64,000 bases of DNA from an uncultured Chloroflexia bacterium (lineage in GTDB: Bacteria; Chloroflexota; Anaerolineae; CG2-30-64-16), in contig CAWEMM010000010.1 of NCBI GenBank assembly GCA_963810095.1, forward strand, positions 96,001-160,000. The letters run 5' to 3'. Under the pieces are notes generated by a model, which ran no database searches, was not told the DNA's origin, and worked only from the letters and a program-made list of their open reading frames with translations. Below, piece by piece: positions 19,680-31,412 of the stretch. Each line of letters opens with the position of its first letter. Positions within the stretch are counted from its first letter, which is position 1. The translations under genes and the position numbers were made by a program.

Positions 19680-20682
19680 GTGGCGCGAACGTCATCACTG
19701 GCGACGAGGCTGCGGCGGGTGAAGCCGGTTTATTGGGCGTTGGCCAGCCTGGCCATTGCCGTCTTGCTGCCGCTGCCCATCGGTGATTATCTGCGGTCGG
19801 TGCTCTGGCTGATCGGCATCTACGTGCTGCTCGGGCTCGGCCTCAACATCATTGTCGGCTACGCGGGCCTTTTTCAACTGGGCCATGCGGCGTTCTATGC
19901 CATCGGCGCGTATACCGCGGGCCTCCTTAACCTTTAAGCTTGGAATCCCCTTGCTGGCGACGATGCCGGTCGCCATTATCGTCGCGGGCGCAGCCGGGTT
20001 TATCGTGAGCCGGCCCATCCTGCACCTGCGCGGCGACTATCTGGCCATCGTCACCATCGCTTTCGGCGAGATCTTGCGCATGCTGCTGGTGAACAACGTG
20101 GGCGGCGTTACCGGCGGCGCGAATGGGCTTTTTGGGATCGACTCGATCGAGGTGTTCGGCTACAGCTTCGACTCCGTCCTCAGCAACTATTACCTGGTCC
20201 TCTTCTTCATTATCATTACGATCTTCGCCGTCAACCGCCTGGAGAACTCACGGCTGGGTCGGGCATGGATGTACGTCCGCGAGGATGAGACCGCGGCCGC
20301 AGCGATGGGCATCAATACGGTCCAGATCAAGGCGATCGCGTTCGTGCTCGGCTCGGCGTGGGCCGGGCTGGCGGGCGTGCTGTATGCCAGCCGCATCGGT
20401 TCCATTTCACCCGACCTGGGCAGCTTCCTCGAGTCGGTGATCATGTTCTCGATCGTGGTGCTCGGCGGCGTGGGCTCCATCCCCGGCGTCATCGTCGGCG
20501 CCATCGGCATGATCGGGCTGCCCGAGCTCTTCCGGTTCGTCAAGGACTGGCGCGATGGTTTCGTGGGCCTGGCGATGGTTCTGATGATGATCTTCCGGCC
20601 TGCCGGTCTCTTGCCCAGCCGGCGCGTCGTAGAAGAGCTCGAAACGCACGAAGTGGCTGCGCAGCAGTCCGGCGTGGTCTGA
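19680..20682 (+). CDS. livM: BCAA ABC permease (frameshift at about 19930)
   Basis: GLNIIVGYAG, LGHAAFYAIGAY, LRGDYLAIVT. Confidence 0.9.
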
Positions 20683-20695
20683 GGAGTGTCAACAC

Positions 20696-21466
20696 ATGGC
20701 GTTGCTTGAGGTGAACGGCCTGACGCGCTCCTTCGGCGGGTTGATGGCCGTGTCGGCCGTCGACCTGCGCATCGAGCGCGGAGAGATTATGGGCATGATT
20801 GGCCCGAATGGGGCCGGCAAGACGACCGTCTTTAACCTGCTCACCGGCATCTACCGGCCCGACAAGGGGACGGTGGTGTTTGACGGCCGCGGCCTGGTTG
20901 GGCTGAAGCCGCACGCCATTGCCGCTTCAGGCATGGCGCGTACCTTTCAGACCATCCGCTTGTTCCCCAACATGACCGTGCTGGAGAACGTGATGTCGGG
21001 CCGCCACTGCCGGACACGGGCGGGCGTATTTGGTGCGCTGATCCGGCCGTCGTCGCAGCGGTCAGAGGAACAGGCCATCCGCAGCGAGGCCGAGCGACAC
21101 CTGAAATTCATGAACATCTGGCATTTCCGCAACGAGCTGGCGAAGAACCTGCCCTACGGCGACCAGCGCCGGGTGGAGATTGCCCGGGCTCTGGCAACGG
21201 ATCCGAAACTGCTGGTCCTCGACGAACCGGCGGCCGGCCTTAACGAGCACGAGAGCGCTGAGCTGATGACCCTGATTCGCGGCATCCGTGACATGGGTGT
21301 GACCGTCTTTTTGATCGAGCATGACATGAAGGTGGTCATGGGGGTGTCAGACCGGGTGATGGTGCTGGATAATGGGCAGAAGATCGCGGAGGGGACACCT
21401 GTCGAGGTGCAGGCGAACCCCCGGGTGATCGAGGCCTACCTGGGCCGTGAGGAGGAGGAGAACTAG
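20696..21466 (+). CDS. livG: BCAA ABC ATPase
   Basis: GPNGAGKT, LPYGDQRRVE, LDEPAAG. Confidence 0.93.
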   Translation: MALLEVNGLTRSFGGLMAVSAVDLRIERGEIMGMIGPNGAGKTTVFNLLTGIYRPDKGTVVFDGRGLVGLKPHAIAASGMARTFQTIRLFPNMTVLENVMSGRHCRTRAGVFGALIRPSSQRSEEQAIRSEAERHLKFMNIWHFRNELAKNLPYGDQRRVEIARALATDPKLLVLDEPAAGLNEHESAELMTLIRGIRDMGVTVFLIEHDMKVVMGVSDRVMVLDNGQKIAEGTPVEVQANPRVIEAYLGREEEEN

Positions 21467-21470
21467 CCCC

Positions 21471-22208
<738 letters not shown>

Positions 22209-22209
22209 C

Positions 22210-22307
22210 GAATGGGACGCAGAGCCGACTGATCGACCTGATTTGCTGGATGTTTCGCGGAAAGGATCAGGGAAATCAGTCCGGCCAGTTCAATCTGCGT
22301 CCCATTC
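22210..22307. repeat. Intergenic palindrome, family B, between convergent genes
   Basis: gaatgggacgcaga ... tctgcgtcccattc. Confidence 0.65.
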
Positions 22308-22311
22308 TTGT

Positions 22312-23286
22312 TTACAACTCCAGCCAGGTCCCGATCCCACGCTCCAACGCCCGGCGGTAGACGATGGGTGCGGTGGCCATGTCGTCCAGCGCCAGGCCCA
22401 GGTTGCAGCCAATCGTCCGCTCGGTCGCCGTCTCGCGGCCCGGCTTCTGCCCGGTGACCAACTCGCCGAGGCTGGCGTAGATGGGCGGGATGGACTGGAA
22501 GTAGCCGTGTTCGCGGTAGTACTCCAACTGCGGGACGTCGTCCGTGCAGAATTTGTCCACCTCCTGCAGCGCCGCACCGTCCCAGTAAGAATCGTAGTCC
22601 ACCAGTGAGGCAAACGCGCCCGGCTCCAGCCAGCCCGACTGGATGGTTGCATGAGGTTGCCGCAGAATCGGGCCGGCCGTCACCACCATGTCGCACCCGC
22701 TCACGGCGTCCCGCGGGTTGGTGACCACGGTCACCTCGAGCCCCAGACGATCCCGCATTTCTTGTGCATAGTGCACTGCGCTCTCCGGCTTGCTGTCGTA
22801 GGCCATCACCTGCCTGACCGGGAACGCACACTTGAGCGCTTCGAGATTCGTGCGGCCCTGCACCCCGCAGCCCAGGATGCCTACGGTCGAGGACTCGGGC
22901 CGCGCCAGGTAGCGGGCCGCGAGGGCGCTCGCCGCTCCGGTTCGCATGCCGGTGATCCAGGTGCAGTCCATCACCGCCAGCGGCAGGCCCGTCTCATCGT
23001 CGTTGAGGATGAGCAGCCCGCTAATATAGGGCAACCCCTTCGCCTGGTTGGTCGGGTAGCCGCTGACCCACTTCATGCCAATGGCATGGAGCGCAGGGAT
23101 ATAGGCCGGCATCGCGTGGATGAACGCGTCCGGTTGCGAATGCACGCCGGGCTTCGGGGGCATTTCCGCATGCCCGAGCCCGTGCTCGTGGAATGCGACG
23201 GCGAGTGCATCGATGATCTCGGGCATCGTGACGCCCGCGGCTTCGACGTCCGCACGTGACAGGTACAGGAGTTTTGTGGCAGACAT
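22312..23286 (-). CDS. Ornithine cyclodeaminase/mu-crystallin family protein
   Basis: HAMPA, GMKWV, ITGMRTGAAS, GCGVQG, GLALDD. Confidence 0.9.
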   Translation of the reverse strand: MSATKLLYLSRADVEAAGVTMPEIIDALAVAFHEHGLGHAEMPPKPGVHSQPDAFIHAMPAYIPALHAIGMKWVSGYPTNQAKGLPYISGLLILNDDETGLPLAVMDCTWITGMRTGAASALAARYLARPESSTVGILGCGVQGRTNLEALKCAFPVRQVMAYDSKPESAVHYAQEMRDRLGLEVTVVTNPRDAVSGCDMVVTAGPILRQPHATIQSGWLEPGAFASLVDYDSYWDGAALQEVDKFCTDDVPQLEYYREHGYFQSIPPIYASLGELVTGQKPGRETATERTIGCNLGLALDDMATAPIVYRRALERGIGTWLEL

Positions 23287-23408
23287 AGGGACTCCTTGGG
23301 GTTGTTAGGGCGAGGAAGCCTGCGGCGAAGACCGAGGCTGGCTCGCCCCTGCTGCATGGGCCAGAAGGTATTGTATCGTAACTCGGAGAGCCGTGTATAA
23401 TCGCTCGC

Positions 23409-24344
23409 ATGTCCCAGTCGCGCCCATCCCCGTCCCACGCCGCCGAACCCTCCCGCACCCTGCGTGGATATTTACTCGTACTGCTCGCCGCGACCATGTG
23501 GGCCTCGATCGGCGTGTTCTACAAGTTCCTGATCGACGAGCACGGCATGCAGCCACTCGCGGCCGCCGCGCTGCGCGGCGTGGCCGGCGGCCTGATCCTG
23601 CTGTTGACGCTGCTTGTGCTGCGGGCTAACCTGCGTGTTCCCCGCCGCGAATGGCCCGGGTTCCTTGCCTATGGGGTTTTCGGCGTGGCCCTGTTCTTTA
23701 TCTGCTACGTGAACGCCATTAACCTCACCGGCGTCGCGGTTGCCGCGGTGCTCATGTACACGTCGCCGGCCTGGGTCGCCGCGATCTCGTGGCGATGGAT
23801 GGGGGAGAATTTGGGCCGGCGCGGCCTGGCTGCCCTGGGCCTGGCGCTGCTCGGTGCGGCGCTCGTCGCCCAGGTCTACGACATCGCCCAGCTGCAGTTG
23901 AACTGGCTGGGCGTGCTCTTCGGGCTGGCGGCCGGCCTGACCTACGGCCTGTACAGCGTCTTCAACAAGGTGCTCGTGCGGCATAACCGGCCGTGGGTGG
24001 TGCAAGTGTACGGCTTGCTGATCGGCGCAGCCGTGCTCCTGCCGCTCACCTCGCCCGTCCAGATGGCAAAGGGGCTGGCGAGCACCGACACGCTGCTCCT
24101 GGTGATTGGGATGGGGATCGTTCCGACGCTGCTGGCGAGCATGGCCTTTGCGTTCGGGGTGCAGTGGGTGCCCGTGAGCGTCGCGGCCATCGTGGCGACC
24201 TTCGAGCCGGTCGTCGCCACGTTCTTCGGGTATGTGTTGTTTGGCGAGCGCCTGGATCCGCTGCAGTGGGTGGGGACGGCCTGCATCGTCAGCGCCGTCC
24301 TGCTGCTCCGGCCATCTCAACGGGCCGACTCAGCCGTGGCTTAA
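23409..24344 (+). CDS. EamA/DMT family transporter
   Basis: About 10 TM helices in two repeats; TFEPVVA...LFGERL. Confidence 0.88.
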   Translation: MSQSRPSPSHAAEPSRTLRGYLLVLLAATMWASIGVFYKFLIDEHGMQPLAAAALRGVAGGLILLLTLLVLRANLRVPRREWPGFLAYGVFGVALFFICYVNAINLTGVAVAAVLMYTSPAWVAAISWRWMGENLGRRGLAALGLALLGAALVAQVYDIAQLQLNWLGVLFGLAAGLTYGLYSVFNKVLVRHNRPWVVQVYGLLIGAAVLLPLTSPVQMAKGLASTDTLLLVIGMGIVPTLLASMAFAFGVQWVPVSVAAIVATFEPVVATFFGYVLFGERLDPLQWVGTACIVSAVLLLRPSQRADSAVA

Positions 24345-24378
24345 GAGGATTCCCCCGGTTCTTTCGTCCCCGCGCCGG

Positions 24379-25287
24379 TTACGGCGCAAACTCCCAGATG
24401 AGGGCCATTGCCGCAATGGTGATGAGCGCGTACTCCACCACGATGCGCCGGCGAACGCGGCCGTGCAGCGCGTGCTGCGACAGGCCGACCACGTCGTAAA
24501 ACAGGACGAGCAAGACCAGGCCCCCCGTGAGGCTGTCGAGCCGCCAGTAGTTCAGCGCCCAGGTGGCTTGCCCCAGCACCAGTCCGGTGATGCCGGCATA
24601 GAGTGCCACCATGATCGTGGGCCGATCGCTGCCCCGGAGCAGTTCCAGCGCCAGCAGGCTGCTGACGAGCAGCACTTCCGTGGCCGAGAGGACGCTGCGC
24701 GTGCGCGTGCGGTACACGACGAGGAACAGCAGCAGCGCGAGGGCATAGGTGAGGGCGTTCATGCCCAGGCGCGCCCGGCGGTAACCGCGCTGGAATGGAT
24801 CGATCGTGTAATAGATTCCTGCAAGCGCCAGCCCCAGGGTGACCCCGGCGCCAATCAGGCCCAGTACCCAGTACACTGCGGAGGGCGCAAGCGGCAGCAG
24901 GAAGATCGCGACGAGGATCAGTGCGACGGGCGCACCCCAATAGATCCAGTGACTCTGGCCGACGAGTGCCGCCCGTTCTTGCGCATCCAGCGGGTGCGGC
25001 GCGACCGGCGTTGCGCTGCTCCCGTACTCCCGCCTGCGGGCGCGACGGGTGGGCGCAGGTTCGCCCTTAGGATGTGCGCGCACCACCGCCTCCGTGCCCG
25101 AGGCCGCCAGGCCGGTCAGGAGGACGGCGAGGATCGTATTGGCCGTGATGGTCAGCGTGATCGGCGAGCCGAAGATTTCTGACGTGAAGCCGCGTTCGGG
25201 TAGGACGAGGAACTGCTGCGCTGCGAGGCCCATGAGAACGACCCAGATCATAACACTGGCGCGGTCCCGATAGTCGGTTAATGACAT
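24379..25287 (-). CDS. Multi-pass membrane protein of unknown function (DUF5656-like)
   Basis: Long hydrophobic ORF; the family name is recalled from WALNYW-type motifs and not verified. Confidence 0.65.
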   Translation of the reverse strand: MSLTDYRDRASVMIWVVLMGLAAQQFLVLPERGFTSEIFGSPITLTITANTILAVLLTGLAASGTEAVVRAHPKGEPAPTRRARRREYGSSATPVAPHPLDAQERAALVGQSHWIYWGAPVALILVAIFLLPLAPSAVYWVLGLIGAGVTLGLALAGIYYTIDPFQRGYRRARLGMNALTYALALLLFLVVYRTRTRSVLSATEVLLVSSLLALELLRGSDRPTIMVALYAGITGLVLGQATWALNYWRLDSLTGGLVLLVLFYDVVGLSQHALHGRVRRRIVVEYALITIAAMALIWEFAP

Positions 25288-25493
25288 TGGAGATGGTTCC
25301 CTCAGAGGCTTCATTTTATCCGGCGGTCAGACCTTTGTCAAAGCAGCCGTGCTGTGACCTGGTTCGTTTGGAACAGGTGCTTGACAAGCTCTTCGAAAGC
25401 GTGATACAAAGTCTGAGGGCCAACCGGCGCGGCTCAAGATCGCCCTAAAAGGGTGGACGTCGCGGCGGGTTTGCTTCGCTAAGGAGGGCTGTT

Positions 25494-27538
25494 ATGCAGG
25501 CAAGTCTCACACCCGGGAAGCGTGCGCTCCTCATCGGCATCAACCAATATCCTAACCTCGCACCGCGGTTTCAGCTTAACGGCTGCGTCAACGATGCCTT
25601 GCTGCTGCAGAGCATTCTCACAGATCGTTTTGGCTTTGCAACCGAGCACATCCGACTGTTGTCTGACGAAAAGGCGACCCGCGACGCAATCCTGGCCGCA
25701 ATGGATGCCTTGGCCGACGAGACACAGCCGGACGATATTGTCGTGCTGAGTTATAGTGGGCACGGCTCTCAGATCCGGGATCGTGAGGGCGACGAGGCGG
25801 ACGGGCTCGACGAGACGATCGTCCCCTACGACAGCGGCCGCAGCCCGTACCCCAACCGCGACATTACGGATGACGAGATCTACCTGCGGCTGCTGCGCCT
25901 GAGCCAGAAGACGGCGAACATTACGATGATCTTCGATTGCTGCCATTCCGGGACGATTAACCGGGATGCGTTCGGCGAGGGCTCGCGCTGGGTCGACCCG
26001 GACCTCCGGGACGACGACATGCTGCCCCCGCCCACTCAGCTCGCCCCCGAGATGCTGGCAGGACTGCGCCGGGACGTGGATTCGGCCGCAGGCTGGCTCC
26101 CGGTGGCCAATCGCTATGTCCTGGTTGCAGGCTGCCGTGATGACCAGAGCTCCTACGAGTACGAAGACCGCCAGCCCGACGGGCAGCGGACGCCGCACGG
26201 TGCGCTCAGCTTCTTCCTGGGCCGCGAGATGACGGCCGCCGAACCGGGCGTCACCTATCGGGATGTGTTCGAGCGGGCCAGCATCCAGGTGACTGCGGTA
26301 CGGCCCTACCAGAACCCGCAGATGGAGGGTGCGATCGACCGCGAGCTCTTCGGCGTGCGCGACATCCAGCCCATGCGCTATGTGTCCGTCCTGCAGCGGG
26401 GCTCGAACCGGGTCACGCTGGCGGCCGGCGCAGCACACGGGATCACAACCGGGTCCACCTTCGCCGTCTACCCCGAGGGCACACGGGGAACGGCCGGCGA
26501 GGCAGCCGGGACGGTTAAGGTGACCCAGGTGCTCGCGGCCACGTCGATGGCCGACATCATGCAGGAAAGCAGCACCATGAAGATCGCGGCCGGCGCCCGG
26601 GCGGTGGAGCAAACCCACGTCTACGACGCGATGCGGCTGGGGGTCCAGGTCAGCGCTCCGGCAGGCTACGAGCGGGCAGTCCAGGAGCTCGCGGACCAGA
26701 TCAAGGCATCCGCTTCCCTGCAGTTGGCGTCCAACGAGGCCGACGCCGACATGCGGGCGTATGTCATCGCGCCCCGCCAGGCGGCGAGCGCGAGCGACCC
26801 TGCACCGCAGCTGGGCGCAGTCCGCGAAGCGACGTGGGCAGTAGTGGGACGCGATGGGCGGGTTGCGATGCCGCTGCACGCGGTGAGCGAGCCCGACGTG
26901 GCCCCTGTGCTGGTGGAGAACCTGGAGAAGATCAGCCGTTACCGAGCTGCGCTGGCACTGCGGAACCCGAACCTCAACAGCGGGCTGAAGGGGAAGATCG
27001 CGTTCACGCTGCTGCGGCAGGGGCTGGACGGGTCGTGGGAAGAGGCGCAGGCTGCGGAGGTGGGCGGAAGCGTTACGTTCCAGCAAGGCCAGAGCGCGGC
27101 CTTCCGGATCACGAGCCGGCATAACGCGCCGGTTTACTTCAGCGTGCTCGACTTCGGGCTGTCCGGCGCAATCAGCCTGCTACATCCCTACAACGCACCG
27201 AGCGCCGAGTTAGCGCCGGGGCAGACGATCGAGATCGGCACGCGACCGGGTGAGCAGATCGAGCTTTACATGCCCGACAATTTCCCGTTCATCCCCGACC
27301 CCGTGCTTGGGACCGTCACGTCCGGGGCCGAGACGTTCAAGTTGTTCGTCACGTCGCAGCGCTCGAGTTTCCAGTCGCTCATCCAGGGTGGAACCGCGAG
27401 GCCCGCGATCTCAATCCGCTCGAGAGCCTGCTGGGCATGGCGCTGACCGGCCAAGGCACGCGCGACGCGCGGCCCTTGAGCATGGGCCCGGGCGACGACT
27501 GGACCACCGCTGAGTGCTCGTTCGTGTTGACCTGTTGA
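25494..27538 (+). CDS. Caspase-family (peptidase C14) protein with C-terminal DUF4384-like domain (frameshift at about 27400)
   Basis: ALLIGINQY, LNGCVND, SGHG and DCCHSG dyad; SD AAGGAGG; the repaired C-terminus ends DDWTTAECSFVLTC. Confidence 0.88.
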
Positions 27539-27580
27539 CCGTCGTTGGAGGTATGACGACCTGCCGCTATAATGGCCGGC

Positions 27581-27949
27581 ATGGAACTTGATGAGTTTGC
27601 CGAGCTCGTGACCGAGGCAGTGGACCTGCTGCCCGATCAGTTTAAGGAAGCGCTCGACAATGTCGAGATCGTGATTGAGGACTGGCCTTCATGGAACACC
27701 ATGCGGCTGGCCCACGTGCGCTCGAAGTACGAGTTGTTGGGGTTTTACCACGGGGTGCCCAAGACTGTGCGAAACTCGGGGTATAACCTGGTATCGCCGG
27801 ACAAGATCAGCATCTATCAAGGGCCGATTGAGGCCCAGTGCAGCTCGCCGGAAGAGGTGCGGGAGATGGCGCACCGGGTGGTGCTTCACGAGCTGGCCCA
27901 CCATTTCGGGATCGACGACGACCGGCTCCATGAACTGGGGGCGTACTGA
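27581..27949 (+). CDS. Minimal zincin (Zincin_1-like) metallopeptidase
   Basis: LLGFYHGVP, PDKISIY, VLHELAHHFGIDD. Confidence 0.88.
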   Translation: MELDEFAELVTEAVDLLPDQFKEALDNVEIVIEDWPSWNTMRLAHVRSKYELLGFYHGVPKTVRNSGYNLVSPDKISIYQGPIEAQCSSPEEVREMAHRVVLHELAHHFGIDDDRLHELGAY

Positions 27950-27983
27950 GGTCGCCTGACCAGCTCCCACGGATGACCGAATA

Positions 27984-28033
27984 AGAAACCCGGTTTCTGC
28001 ACCGCCAGCCACGCTGGGGCGAAACCGGGTTTC
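27984..28033. repeat. Intergenic palindrome, family C (GAAACCSGGTTTC)
   Basis: agaaacccggtttct ... gaaaccgggtttc; a related copy lies at 31371-31401. Confidence 0.6.
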
Positions 28034-28054
28034 CTTATCCTGCCGGCAATTGTC

Positions 28055-29950
28055 TTACGGCGTCGCGGACGTTGTCTTCCCCGGCACGTTCGTCCCCGGA
28101 CCGTACAGGTACACGGCTTGCCACGGCCGGTACTTGCTGACCAGCTTGTCCGCTTTCACCGTCCCGTCCCCGTAGCGAATGGTTCGGGTGACGACCGCGT
28201 CCATGCCTTCCTTGGCCCAGTCCACCTGCTTGATCTGCCCCGACTTCAGCGACGCGTCCTGCTGATAAGAAGGCGGCGGAGCGGGCTGCCGGTTACTGAT
28301 CACCGGCTCTGATATCTCCACCGTGCGATCTGGCTTGGTCCCGTAGATGGAGAACGTCAGGGTTCCTTTAGCCTCGTTCCAACTCGACTTGACCAGGATG
28401 AAATGCCCCGTGTCGTTCTTGAAGCGGAAGTCGACGTTGGGTGTGAAAATACTGGCATCCAGCCCCGGCTTGCCATACCATCCGACGACATAGCCGTGCG
28501 CCCAGCGCTCCACGATCGGGAAGCCGCCCGTGTAAGCTGCGCGGAACGCCGTGGTGGACACCTGGCAAACGCCGCCGCCGATGCCGACGGCGGTCCGGTC
28601 GCCGGCGATGACCAAGGCATCGATGAAGCCGTTGGCGGCATTAACGTCGCCGACGACGCGGTTGAACGAGAAGTCTTCGCCCGGAGCGACAACTGCATGG
28701 CCGAACTTGCCGGCTGCGTTCAGGACGTTATGAACGCGTTCGGGCGGCGAGCCCTTGTACGTGCTCGTGCCTTCGGCAACTAATTCGACGATGCCCATTT
28801 CGTCGACCCGGGTCGTGTCGATTTTCGGCTGCACGGGCGTGACGGGCAGCACGACTTCTTGCTGGGCCGGCGCGCCGTTTTCAGTTGCCTGCACGGGCGA
28901 ACTCAAGGCCGCGATCACGGCAGCGGCGCCCGCGTCAGCGTCCGCTTTCTGGCCGCGCTCGCTCGCCTGCAGGACCACGACCTTGGCGGCCTCCCGGTCC
29001 CAGTCGACGCTGCCGTCGAATGCGGGGCGGTCCAACTGCTTGGCGACTCCGGCAACGAACGCCTTGACCTGCTCCTCGTCCAGCTTGATCTCGAGGTCGA
29101 CCGACCCGTCGGGCAGTGTCGTGGGGGTGAGCGTGAGCCAGCCGCGCACCCGAGCCGCGTCCGCGGAGAATAGCTGTGGACCGCTTAGGGTATCGGCTTT
29201 GAGGACAACCGAGCGGCCGAGCACGGTCTTGGCTTTCGCCACGGCTGCGTCGACTGAGAGGATGGCCGGCCGCCGTTCTTGCCACGGCACGTCGACCACC
29301 TCGCCCCTGCCGCCGCGTACCGCTTGAGCAAGCGCCGTGCGGGTGCCTTCGATGTCCATGACTCTGCCCAGGCGACCGGGCGTGCCGGTCACCTGGAGCC
29401 CGTCGATGGTCAGCTTGCCTTCGACGGGCGCAATGTTGACTTCTTCGGCGATGCGGGCCACCACCTGGGCCTGCAGGTCCTCGTTGCGCGCCAGGACAGG
29501 CTGCACCGCAACCCCGCCCCGCATGGCCTCCCACTGGTCTGCCATGTCGCGCTGCAGCCCGTCGAACATTGCGAGCACGGACCCCGTACCGTTCGACGCC
29601 AGGCCGTGACGTCCGACGGCAAATGCCTGGCTGGCGGTCGCGCTGGTGTCTACCGAGACGCCGAGGTCCCCGGCAGAAAGGATCCACTGCTGATCGCCAA
29701 AGCGCAGTGTGACGTCCGGTCCGGGATAGGGGGTGAGCGCGTCATGCACGACCGACTCGGCCTCGTCGACGGTCAACCCGCCCAGCGGGACGCCGCCGAC
29801 GCTCACACCGGGGTAAATCTTGTCGGCATAGTGCCATTGATACCACGCGAGCAGGCTGATCGCGGCCAGCACAAGCAGGCCCGCGCTCATTACTATCGGG
29901 AAGAGACAACCTAGGCGCGCCTGGCGCCTGGGCATTGGAGTATTTGCCAT
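28055..29950 (-). CDS. VanW-family protein with PG_binding_4-like repeats
   Basis: N-terminal TM; IYPGVSVGGV; FSFN, GGGVCQVSTT, FRFKND. Confidence 0.9.
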   Translation of the reverse strand: MANTPMPRRQARLGCLFPIVMSAGLLVLAAISLLAWYQWHYADKIYPGVSVGGVPLGGLTVDEAESVVHDALTPYPGPDVTLRFGDQQWILSAGDLGVSVDTSATASQAFAVGRHGLASNGTGSVLAMFDGLQRDMADQWEAMRGGVAVQPVLARNEDLQAQVVARIAEEVNIAPVEGKLTIDGLQVTGTPGRLGRVMDIEGTRTALAQAVRGGRGEVVDVPWQERRPAILSVDAAVAKAKTVLGRSVVLKADTLSGPQLFSADAARVRGWLTLTPTTLPDGSVDLEIKLDEEQVKAFVAGVAKQLDRPAFDGSVDWDREAAKVVVLQASERGQKADADAGAAAVIAALSSPVQATENGAPAQQEVVLPVTPVQPKIDTTRVDEMGIVELVAEGTSTYKGSPPERVHNVLNAAGKFGHAVVAPGEDFSFNRVVGDVNAANGFIDALVIAGDRTAVGIGGGVCQVSTTAFRAAYTGGFPIVERWAHGYVVGWYGKPGLDASIFTPNVDFRFKNDTGHFILVKSSWNEAKGTLTFSIYGTKPDRTVEISEPVISNRQPAPPPSYQQDASLKSGQIKQVDWAKEGMDAVVTRTIRYGDGTVKADKLVSKYRPWQAVYLYGPGTNVPGKTTSATP

Positions 29951-30084
29951 AACGCTCCCTGGACGTCTCGCGCCGCCAATTGGTTTCAGCGGCGGGCGTT
30001 ATTGCTGGCGATGCTAATGGCTAATTGTATCATAGCGGGGATTATTTGACAAGAGGCGTTCTGCAAAACGCGTGGGTAACTTTA

Positions 30085-30147
30085 ACCACAAAGACACGAA
30101 GGACCACAAAGTCTTTGCGCGACTTTGTGTCTTCGTGTCTTTGTGGT
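30085..30147. repeat. Intergenic palindrome, family A
   Basis: 17-bp perfect inverted repeat accacaaagacacgaag/cttcgtgtctttgtggt. Confidence 0.8.
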
Positions 30148-30176
30148 GCAAACCTAAGATCGCGCGTGAGCGCGTC

Positions 30177-30563
30177 TTACTTGACCTCGACCTCGGCGCC
30201 TTCGGCCTCGAGCTTCGCCTTCGCGTCGCCGGCGGCGGCCTTGGAGACGGCGGTCAGCACGGGCGCGGGCGCGCCCTCGACCAGGTCCTTGGCTTCCTTG
30301 AGGCCCAGGTTGGTCAGTGCGCGGACGGCCTTGATGACGTTGATCTTGTTGGCGCCGAAGCTCTTCAGCACGACGTCGAACTCGGTCTGCTCCTCAACCG
30401 GGGCAGCAGCCTCGGCCGCGGGGGCCGCGCCGGCGGGCATCGCACCCATCATCATGGGGGCCGCAGCGGTGACGCCCCAGCGGGCTTCCAGATCCTTAAC
30501 GAGCTGGGAAAGCTCGAGGACGGTCATCTTATCGAGTTCGGCCAACAACTCATCACGAGACAT
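30177..30563 (-). CDS. rplL: 50S ribosomal protein L7/L12
   Basis: [30 protein letters not shown]. Confidence 0.98.
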   Translation of the reverse strand: MSRDELLAELDKMTVLELSQLVKDLEARWGVTAAAPMMMGAMPAGAAPAAEAAAPVEEQTEFDVVLKSFGANKINVIKAVRALTNLGLKEAKDLVEGAPAPVLTAVSKAAAGDAKAKLEAEGAEVEVK

Positions 30564-30602
30564 GAGATATCCTCCTGGTATAGTAACTGGTGTTTGATTA
30601 GC

Positions 30603-31136
30603 TTATGCTGACGGTTGCTCGAGCTGCGCAGCGCGCGCGTTGAGCACGTTCATCAACCCGCGGAGATTGCCGGCCAACACGTTGACCAGCCCGCTCATCG
30701 GGGACTGCAGGGTGCCGACGACCTGGGCTCGCAGCTGATCCTTAGTGGGCAGCTCCGTCAGGCTCTGGACACCGGCCGAATCGAATACCGACTGGCCCAG
30801 CAAGCCGCCGCGCAGCACCATGATCTTGCTGTCTTTGGCGAACTTGGTTAGCACCTTGGCCGGGGCCGCCACCTCGTCATAGCAGAAGGCGATGGCGACT
30901 GGGCCGGTGAGCAGCTCTTCGGGGGCGGGCAAGCCGACCTCGACGAGCGCACGGGCAATCAGGGTGTTCTTCGACACCGCCAGCTCGCTGTGGGCGCCGC
31001 GCAGATCACGGCGCAAGCCCTGAATCTGCTTCGTGGTCAGCCCGCGATACTCGCCGACGATGACCGCCTGGCTACGTCGTAGTTTTTCGACGTACTCGTT
31101 GACGATCGTTTCTTTCTTCTCGCGTGAGATTGCCAA
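30603..31136 (-). CDS. rplJ: 50S ribosomal protein L10
   Basis: YRGLT, KNTL, LPTKDQL; synteny. Confidence 0.97.
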   Translation of the reverse strand: MAISREKKETIVNEYVEKLRRSQAVIVGEYRGLTTKQIQGLRRDLRGAHSELAVSKNTLIARALVEVGLPAPEELLTGPVAIAFCYDEVAAPAKVLTKFAKDSKIMVLRGGLLGQSVFDSAGVQSLTELPTKDQLRAQVVGTLQSPMSGLVNVLAGNLRGLMNVLNARAAQLEQPSA

Positions 31137-31203
31137 GCGACATTCCTCCCTTCATCAGGTCCTTGTCTGTTTGTGCTGCCAGGCAGCAGAAACAGAACCG
31201 GTG

Positions 31204-31333
31204 AAAACAAAAAAGCCCTCGCGCTGTGGGCAGGCGCGAGGGCTTTGAAATACAAGTTTCAAGCACTCGGTTACCGGCCTCGGCAGGCTCCCGCAGACGG
31301 GAATTAGGTCAGAGACACCTGCTGTCTTCAGCG
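31204..31333 (-). promoter_or_regulatory. L10 leader (attenuator)
   Basis: Minus strand GAAGACAGCAGG...CCTGCCGAGG followed by a GC hairpin and U-tract upstream of rplJ. Confidence 0.8.
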
Positions 31334-31412
31334 CTTCGAGCGTTTTTCGATTGTAAAATCCACACCCTGGAGAGCCAGGCTTCTGCTTGAAACCGGGTTT
31401 CGCTACGGTGCT

